Below are positions 57,576 through 64,000 of a DNA stretch of 64,000 nt, piece after piece. The notes under the pieces were generated by a model. It had not been told where the DNA came from. It saw nothing but the letters and a program-made list of their open reading frames with translations, and searched no databases. The DNA comes from Terriglobia bacterium. GTDB lineage: Bacteria; Acidobacteriota; Terriglobia; Bryobacterales; Bryobacteraceae. The stretch's first letter is position 1, and each line of letters begins with the position of its first letter. The stretch is taken from the NCBI GenBank assembly GCA_963845785.1, contig CAWJTK010000014.1, forward strand, positions 100 through 64,099. Reading direction: 5' to 3'. Made by a program: the position numbers and the translations under genes.

Positions 57576-60500
57576 TCACTCGGCAAGCGTGTCTAAAAGC
57601 AGCTGTACGAGATCGTTGAGTCGGAACGGTTTGCGAATAAACCCACGGATCTGTGGCGCGTGAAGTGTCTTCGTTACAGTTTCCTCGCTGTAGGCACTGG
57701 TAAGAATGATTTTCACATGGGGATGAACCCGCACGGCTTCCAGGATCACTTCCCGGCTCGACGCCCCGGGTATGGTCATATCCAGCAGAATCAGATCGAT
57801 TTGTCCGCTTGCCGCAATCCGACCGATCGCGGAGGAACCGTCAGCGGCCTGAATCACGGAAAAGCCCCTCCTGGCGAGCATCTGTGCCACGGATGACCGA
57901 AGCATTTCTTCGTCTTCTACCAGAAGCAAGGTCCCAACCTTGCCCGGAGTCTGTGTGTGGGTCGCGCGTCCCGTGTCGCGCTGTTCCACCTTCGGCGGCT
58001 TGACAGTGGATGGCAAAAGGATCACCAGAGTCGTCCCCTTTCCTGGTGCACTGGTCAGATGAATTGTCCCACCGTGAGCGCGGACGATACCCTGTACTAC
58101 CGAAAGCCCCAGGCCGCGGCCCGCGAATTTGGTGGTGAAGAATGGTTCGAAAATTTTGCGTTTGACGTCCTCGGTCATCCCATGGCCGGTGTCGGAGATT
58201 TCCAGCCGGACGAATTCGGGGGAACCCTGGTTTGCCTGCAGCGCGGTAGTCACCGTGATCAACCCCCGTTTCTCTCCAATCGCTTCCGAGGCGTTGAGGA
58301 CCAGATTCATGATTATCTGGCGAAACTGAGCGGCATTGCCCGGCACGAGGGGAAGGTCCTTCGCGAGCTCGGTCTTTAAGACGGCGTGTTTGGAGATCGA
58401 CACCTTGAGCAACTCCAGCATTTCTTCCGCCAGCGGCGATACATCGACCTCCCCGAGTACCCCTTGATCTTGCCCCGCGTACATCATCAGCTCACGCACT
58501 ACCTCGGCGGCCCGGATTGCAACGGTCTGAATCGCATGAATTTCTTCCGCGGGAACCGAACCCGCGGCTACTTCGGCCGCCGCCAGCTCTGCCTGCGCCA
58601 GAATGCTGCCCAGAAAATTATTGAAGTCGTGGGCGATGCCGGCGGTGAGAACCCCGAGGCTCTCCAGTTTCTGCTTGGCCATCATCTCCTCCTGTTTGCG
58701 CGCGGCCACTCGCAGACGCCACCACAGGAAGAAGCCGATTGCGCCTGCCCCCAGCGCCAAATCCAGCAGGCGGGCCCACCAGGTCTCCCACCACCTCGGT
58801 TCCACTCGGAACTGGGAGGTTGCGATTTCGGGCGAGACTGGGTCGTCGCGAACCCGGCAACGCACCTCCAGTCTGTGCGTGCCTGGTCCCAGCCCGGCGA
58901 TGGAGATGCTCCGCTCCGGCGAGTCTGTCCAGGGGCCCGCGTCCAGCCGGTAAGCGAATTGAACCAGTTGTTCGGCCTTGTAGTTCAGGGACGAAAACTC
59001 GGCCCGGACCGTTCGGGCCTCCGTGTTCCAATCGAGCCGCGCGATGATGGGAGTAGCGGCCAGAGGAACCAGCGGACTTTCGTTTCCGGGACGGTAGTGT
59101 GACAATCCGCCGCCCGTGCCCAGCCACACACTGCCATCCGAATCGGCCCAGAAAGCCTCCCCGGCGCACACGTTCGAAACCAGGCCATCTTCGGTGGTGA
59201 ATGCGGTCCAGGAGTTTCCGTGCCGCACTGTTGCTCCGTTCGCACCGCAGCGCCAAAAGTTGCCGTAGGCATCGAAGCCGTGAAACGCGGTGACCTTCGC
59301 CGTGGTTGGTTCCGCGGGCACCACTGCGGTTGAGCGCACAATTCGATCTCCGAAAACTTCCATTCGGTCCACACCCGCGTCGTAGCGATGCCGCAGCCAG
59401 ATGGACCCGTCGACGGCCAGCGACATCACGTACGGGTGATCTGTAAGTAGCCCATCGGCACGGCTGTACTTGCGCCACTTCCCATCTCGCAGGCTCCACA
59501 ACCCCTCCCTGTTGGTGAACCACATGGTCCCCTGGGCGTCTTCCAGCACCTTCCATGCGCCGCGGTTGAGGGATTCCGGCGACGCCACCTGAGTAAAGCG
59601 GTTGGAGACTGCCGGCCGGTCATTGCGAAACACTCCGCAACTGGTGGGAATCCACAACCGGTCGCGCCGATCCACAAACACGTCTTCCGGACCGCAGGGA
59701 AGCCCCTCGGCCTTACCTGCGAGGGTAATCTTTCCCGAAGGCGGATCGATCCGGGCCAGGGCACCGGGTTTCGTGGCCACCCAAATAGAGCCGTCCGAGG
59801 TCTCGGCCAGCCAGCGGACATTGTCGCCGCCCAACCCGTCCTTTCTGGCCCAAACCCGGTTCGCGGTCCCCCTGGATTCGTCCAGACGAGCCAGGCCCAA
59901 ACCAGTCCCTGCCCAGAGGGCTCCCTTCCGATCCCGCCGGATGGCCCAGACCAGGTCCGATGGCAGGCCTTGATCCACTTTCCAGGATTCCCAAACGCCT
60001 CGCCCAAGCCAGCGCGCCATACCATAGGCGACCAGGCCGATCCACACGGACCCCTCGCGGTCCTCCAATACCGCCGCAGTCATTTCGTTATGCAGCCCGC
60101 GTTCCCGGTTGACGAGGCTCCACCCTGCGGCGGTATGGATGGCCAGACCCTTGTCGGTTGGCACCATGACGGAGCCGTCTCTCCCAAGCGTCAGCGCGCC
60201 CCAGAATCCGCTGGAAGCGATGGCCGGATTTTCCTGCGAGAACGTGGTCCGTCCCGGCGCCCGGACATAGACGCTCTTCGGGCTCCGGAGCCATACCGAT
60301 CCATCGGGCGAAATCCGGATCCCGTCCCATCTGTCTGGCGGCAGTCCCTCTCCGGGTCCGAATACCGAAACGCGTCCAGCCTCCTCCATGCACAGCCTCT
60401 GGTCACACCCGAACCACAAACGCGCATCTTGCCGCAGGATCCCGTTCATCGGCCTGCCCGCCAGCGCCGGAGGCAAGGGATAGGCGCGGATGGAAAAAGA

Positions 60501-61028
60501 TCCGGCACGACTGCGGGACGCCTGATAAAGGCCGGTTGGCGTGGCGATCAGCAGGCCGCCCTGGGCATCATCTGCCATCACCTGGGCACCGCGCAGCATC
60601 GTATCCACCCCGGGTATCGCCTCAAACCGCTCGCCGTTGTAACGGAAGATCGCGGAGCATGTATTGACCCATAGGGCTCCGTCCGATGCGAGGTACAGGC
60701 CATGGGTCTCGGTAGAGCACGGCAGTCCTTGTGCGACTCCAATTAGTTGGAAATGCGTCCCGTCGTAGCGATAGAGTCCGCCTTCCGTTCCGGCCCAGAT
60801 GTAGCCGGCGCGGTCTTGAGCCAGCGACAACACGACCAGGTTTTGAAGTCCCTCAGCCGCTCCATAAGAACGGAAACTATACTCCTGAGCAACGACGGTC
60901 GCTGCCAAACCAAGAGTGAGCAGCAGGACCCTGCTGATGCTCCGGCCCTGCCCCCAACGTTTGGCCTCCGATCGAGAATCGACCATCCTGATCGGAACGG
61001 CGGAGTGAGCGCCGGTGCTTACTTTCAT
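57576..61028 (-). CDS. Hybrid sensor histidine kinase with periplasmic two-component-regulator propeller repeats, Y_Y_Y-like domain, HisKA/HATPase and receiver
   Basis: About 700 aa of Reg_prop-type repeats (G.IW.GT..GL) are followed by a TM helix, HisKA (LTAGIAHDFNNFL), HATPase (GRGLGLSVVQGIV) and REC (LLLVEDEEMLR...DLILLDMTIPG). An ATG at 60983 is an alternative start. Confidence 0.88.
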   Translation of the reverse strand: MKVSTGAHSAVPIRMVDSRSEAKRWGQGRSISRVLLLTLGLAATVVAQEYSFRSYGAAEGLQNLVVLSLAQDRAGYIWAGTEGGLYRYDGTHFQLIGVAQGLPCSTETHGLYLASDGALWVNTCSAIFRYNGERFEAIPGVDTMLRGAQVMADDAQGGLLIATPTGLYQASRSRAGSFSIRAYPLPPALAGRPMNGILRQDARLWFGCDQRLCMEEAGRVSVFGPGEGLPPDRWDGIRISPDGSVWLRSPKSVYVRAPGRTTFSQENPAIASSGFWGALTLGRDGSVMVPTDKGLAIHTAAGWSLVNRERGLHNEMTAAVLEDREGSVWIGLVAYGMARWLGRGVWESWKVDQGLPSDLVWAIRRDRKGALWAGTGLGLARLDESRGTANRVWARKDGLGGDNVRWLAETSDGSIWVATKPGALARIDPPSGKITLAGKAEGLPCGPEDVFVDRRDRLWIPTSCGVFRNDRPAVSNRFTQVASPESLNRGAWKVLEDAQGTMWFTNREGLWSLRDGKWRKYSRADGLLTDHPYVMSLAVDGSIWLRHRYDAGVDRMEVFGDRIVRSTAVVPAEPTTAKVTAFHGFDAYGNFWRCGANGATVRHGNSWTAFTTEDGLVSNVCAGEAFWADSDGSVWLGTGGGLSHYRPGNESPLVPLAATPIIARLDWNTEARTVRAEFSSLNYKAEQLVQFAYRLDAGPWTDSPERSISIAGLGPGTHRLEVRCRVRDDPVSPEIATSQFRVEPRWWETWWARLLDLALGAGAIGFFLWWRLRVAARKQEEMMAKQKLESLGVLTAGIAHDFNNFLGSILAQAELAAAEVAAGSVPAEEIHAIQTVAIRAAEVVRELMMYAGQDQGVLGEVDVSPLAEEMLELLKVSISKHAVLKTELAKDLPLVPGNAAQFRQIIMNLVLNASEAIGEKRGLITVTTALQANQGSPEFVRLEISDTGHGMTEDVKRKIFEPFFTTKFAGRGLGLSVVQGIVRAHGGTIHLTSAPGKGTTLVILLPSTVKPPKVEQRDTGRATHTQTPGKVGTLLLVEDEEMLRSSVAQMLARRGFSVIQAADGSSAIGRIAASGQIDLILLDMTIPGASSREVILEAVRVHPHVKIILTSAYSEETVTKTLHAPQIRGFIRKPFRLNDLVQLLLDTLAE

Positions 61029-61664
61029 CCCTGAGCTGGGCCTTTCCAGGGCCCTTGCGCCGTAACTGCGGACACCAATGGGCGCACAAAGTCTCTACCA
61101 CTGCTTTAGGTTGAGATGCCACCTATCATAGCGCGCTCGAAAACCGTTCCAGATGGAGAGCACCCAGCGAGGCATGTGCAGTATAGGAGCGGTGCGGCGG
61201 GCTGCCTGTAGACGACGCGACGGTGATTTTCTTGCTTCGCGACAGGCTCGAACTGGCCGGGGTTTGGTTGGCGGCGATGGATGGTGTTCATCGGAAAACC
61301 TTTATCACTCCAACCGATCGATTAATATCCTTCGCCAAATGGCTAACGATATTACCCCTTATCGTTGCGACCTGTTCGAACACCCGCGCGGCGGAAGCAC
61401 CCAGTCTCGTCACGACTAATGAGCCAGGCGCAACGCCCCTTTAAACGATTTGTGAAATACTCGCGGCGACGAGTCCACGATTCGTACAACGTCTCATCCG
61501 CTGGCGAGATGAAGAGCGATTTTTTCTGAGTGTAGAACGAAGTAACGAAACTCCGGGCACGTGTTCTCGTTGTAGGTGGAAACTCTGAGTCCATCATTCG
61601 TGGGCATCATTACCCGCGATAAAGTCTCAGCACTTTGAGCTACTCAGACTCTCGCTCCGCAGAC

Positions 61665-61724
61665 GTTGGGGGGCAGGACTTCCTCCCTGTCGCCGAACTT
61701 TACGTCAGTGCCGGTAGCGCCGGC
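61665..61724. repeat. Copy F: degenerate partial copy of the structured repeat
   Basis: GTTGGGGGGCAGGACTTCCTCCCTGTCGCCGAACTTTACGTCAGTGCCGGTAGCGCCGGC aligns by eye to 51317-51394 of the era insert. It lacks the second hairpin arm. Confidence 0.5.
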
Positions 61725-61848
61725 ATTCGTGAAAACCACGTCTTCGACAAAGCGTTTGCCAGTGTTATTTCGTGACGAGTCCTAAGATATCGCGGCGAAA
61801 AGACTCTCCAGTAAAACGCGAAACCGGCGTCATCGCGCCCGAAAGCAC

Positions 61849-63357
61849 TTACCGCCGGTGCCCGAAGCTGTGTCCCGCACTCCGCGACGAGCTATGCGAA
61901 CCAAAGCTCTTGCCGCCCGAACTGGAACCAAATCTTTTCCCAGCCGAACTGCCGCTTTCATGCGGCTCTGCATGCGAGAAGCCTGGTGTTTCCGAATGCC
62001 CGAATCCCCCCGACTCCCTGTTTGACGCATACGCCGAACCCTTGAAGCCGCCCGATTGCACATACCGGCTTCCCGCGTATCTCTCGGCGGTAAAAGTTCC
62101 CTGGCTTCCGTACTTCGGCGGACTGGCAGGCGTCTCCCGGCCGTAGTAACTCCGTCCCGCGCGCTGTGCGGTCTGATAACCGTAGTACTCATTGACGACA
62201 ACCGGCCGGTAACTGTGCCCCCACAGTAACTCACGCATGATGAGATACTCGGGAAGAAACGTCCAGACGCTGTTACCGCCGGAATGACTCCAGTAACCAT
62301 ACTGGTTCGAGCCCTGAGAAGGTGGCGCGATATAAGCGAACCCCGGGGGTTGCGCGGTGGTTACCGCTTCCGAATCGAACCGGCCCGCATCCTTGTGTGA
62401 AATCGCCATCCCGAGGTCGTTTTCAACTGCGCGGTAGGCAGAAGGCGAGACATTCACCCACCGTTCATCGTTTGAAACCTCGGTCTGTTTTAACGCGACA
62501 TCAGTGAAGTGGGTATTTACGGTCTTGATCTTCTCGGAATACTCTGTGTCGAAGCCGCGGTGCGACTTATCCAGATCGACCAGAACTTTATCCCAGGCGT
62601 TATAGAGCTGACCGCACGATGCGCGTAAGTCGTCGGCGCCCTGAGTGATGCCGGATTCCTCGCTGGCCAGTTTCCGATTCGCCTGGATAAGTGTCGCGAC
62701 CTCCGGCCCTGTGGCTTTACCCGCAGCCGCATCCTGGCGGGCCGATGCGGTCGCGCTCCACAGCATGTCCGCGTCGGCTGATGATGCGCGCAGTCGGGCC
62801 AGTCGCTCATCGAGGACATCCTTTTTCGCCGGCCAATCCTTTCCGGCCTTCTCCACTGTCTGGGAGACAGGGCTCAGATCAATCGCGTGAATATCGTCGT
62901 ATTCGCGCTGCATCGTAGCCAGATAGTGCGGAATATTCCGCTGGAAATCGAGCCAGCTGTCAGCCTCGGTTTGAACAGCTTCCGAATCCCGCAGAACGGA
63001 TTCGCGCAGGTCGCGCTCTTCGCGCAGCAACTGCGTCGCGCGCGCACGATCTCTGCCGCCCATCTTCTCCAGTTTCTGCAAATCGGTCCTGGCGTGGTCG
63101 AGTTCGGACTGGTCCGAGTCGAGGCGGCCCGGCCATGCCGTCGCTACAGGCGTACCCGCGAAGAGATCCGGCGAATGCGCCATATCATCGCGCACCGTCT
63201 GCCGGGAGGTCTCCAGCTGCCGCTGGGCTTGAGGGAGCCGGTCCTTTTCAGAAGCGATCTCGTCGCGAAGAGACCTGGGCAGACCTCCGCACGATAGAAG
63301 TAACGCCGCTAGCAGAGAGGCCGCGGCGATAGCAGGATAGCGCTTGCGCGCGTTCAT
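61849..63357 (-). CDS. Hypothetical lipoprotein with Gly/Ser/His-rich tail, co-operonic with the DUF4178 gene
   Basis: The ATG at 63357 gives MNARKRYPAIAAASLLAALLLSCGG (lipobox LLSC). It has a helical Q/E/R/D-rich region and then the C-terminal tail GGFGHSETPGFSHAEPHESGSSAGKRFGSSSGGKSFGSHSSSRSAGHSFGHRR. Confidence 0.65.
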   Translation of the reverse strand: MNARKRYPAIAAASLLAALLLSCGGLPRSLRDEIASEKDRLPQAQRQLETSRQTVRDDMAHSPDLFAGTPVATAWPGRLDSDQSELDHARTDLQKLEKMGGRDRARATQLLREERDLRESVLRDSEAVQTEADSWLDFQRNIPHYLATMQREYDDIHAIDLSPVSQTVEKAGKDWPAKKDVLDERLARLRASSADADMLWSATASARQDAAAGKATGPEVATLIQANRKLASEESGITQGADDLRASCGQLYNAWDKVLVDLDKSHRGFDTEYSEKIKTVNTHFTDVALKQTEVSNDERWVNVSPSAYRAVENDLGMAISHKDAGRFDSEAVTTAQPPGFAYIAPPSQGSNQYGYWSHSGGNSVWTFLPEYLIMRELLWGHSYRPVVVNEYYGYQTAQRAGRSYYGRETPASPPKYGSQGTFTAERYAGSRYVQSGGFKGSAYASNRESGGFGHSETPGFSHAEPHESGSSAGKRFGSSSGGKSFGSHSSSRSAGHSFGHRR

Positions 63358-63358
63358 T

Positions 63359-63928
63359 TCAGATCCCCCGAAAAACCGCAATGTCCGACGGCTCAACCAT
63401 GACCCAGAGGGAAGCGCTGAAAGGTTCCCCTGCGAGTTTCCGAACATCCAGGTAACGTTTACCGTCTTGTTCATGGAATTGCCAGCAGTAGAAGCGGCGC
63501 CCCGTCGTGGTGTTGCTTTCGCTGAACAATCCCGTCTCCCGGCTGAAGCGGTAGAGCCAGGTCTTGCCTTCGAATTCGAAATTATCTGCGACATTCTGGC
63601 GGGAATCGATCTCCGCCATGTCGGCTTCGCTCATCCCCAGTTCGTCCAGCGTAATGCGCCGCCCATCGAAGTTCCCGAGTACCTGAACTCCGTCTTGTTT
63701 GTGGATCTCGAGATAGACGCGCCGGTCCCGCCAGAGGCCGCTCAATACCGTCCAGCGGCTGCTCCCCGCCTCATACAGATCGCGCCGGTCCACCGTAAAA
63801 TCGATATCGCTGAAGTCCTCCGCGGCGCCCGTAACGGAGAGAGCGTCCTTGACTCGCGCGTCGGTGATCTTCAGGTTTGCCAGATCCTGCTGCGGCGCAG
63901 GCTGAGCTGGGTTGTGGTCAAAGAACAT
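63359..63928 (-). CDS. DUF4178 domain protein
   Basis: 189 aa. SSRWTVLSGLWRDRRVYLEIHKQDG...FEFEGKTWLYRFSRETG...RFYCWQFHEQDGKRYL matches my recollection of the duplicated DUF4178 pattern. Its stop is 1 nt before the downstream start. Confidence 0.6.
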   Translation of the reverse strand: MFFDHNPAQPAPQQDLANLKITDARVKDALSVTGAAEDFSDIDFTVDRRDLYEAGSSRWTVLSGLWRDRRVYLEIHKQDGVQVLGNFDGRRITLDELGMSEADMAEIDSRQNVADNFEFEGKTWLYRFSRETGLFSESNTTTGRRFYCWQFHEQDGKRYLDVRKLAGEPFSASLWVMVEPSDIAVFRGI

Positions 63929-63931
63929 ACG

Positions 63932-64000
63932 TCTAACGGGCGCCGGCCGCGGGCAGTTCCTTTTGAACGGTCACCGTCGTCGCGCGCTCGCGTTTCAGCG
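63932..64000 (-). CDS. 3' end of an upstream gene in the same operon (partial, runs off the window)
   Basis: The open frame ...LKRERATTVTVQKELPAAGAR ends at TAG (63932-63934), 3 nt before the DUF4178 start. Confidence 0.4.

Noticed and set aside
61352-61597. 81-aa minus-strand ORF in the low-GC spacer (..ISPADETLYESWTRRREYFTNRLKG..)
   Set aside because: It has no recognisable family, no SD, and atypical composition. I treat it as part of a remnant zone rather than a gene.

Overview
High-GC (about 60% by eye) chromosomal segment. It carries families typical of Acidobacteriota (Solibacter/Bryobacter-like): a PadR regulator next to an ADOP-type duplicated FtsX permease, two TIGR03435-type paralogs, and an ECF sigma factor followed by a Ser/Thr kinase. 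I support about 50 protein genes. Housekeeping genes include miaA, hpt, monomeric icd, xerD, a phoH-ybeY-corC-era operon and mutS2. The rest are mainly secreted beta-propeller proteins, two large hybrid sensor kinases, a HigBA module and small detox-type enzymes. I found no rRNA, tRNA or CRISPR array by eye. Four things stand out. (1) A family of structured repeats has the core hairpin CCGGCGA-N5-TCGCCGG. One 142-bp copy sits inside the essential GTPase gene era, and removing it restores the reading frame exactly. (2) A 4.9-kb tract (about 49.78-54.64 kb) has more than 25 single-nucleotide indels, mostly +1 insertions, which break six consecutive genes. This most likely reflects local sequence quality. 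Isolated frameshifts also occur in higB, a TIGR03435 paralog, a hybrid kinase receiver and a beta-lactamase-family paralog. (3) Several short tandem arrays occur, including a 13-bp x5 array in the leader of a ferritin-like gene and in-frame 15-bp arrays in phoH and icd. (4) There are candidate uncharacterised modules: a DUF4178-lipoprotein operon, an ECF-STK pair with a trailing small ORF, and a giant Gln/Gly-rich membrane protein. All family assignments come from reading the translations; no database search was run.
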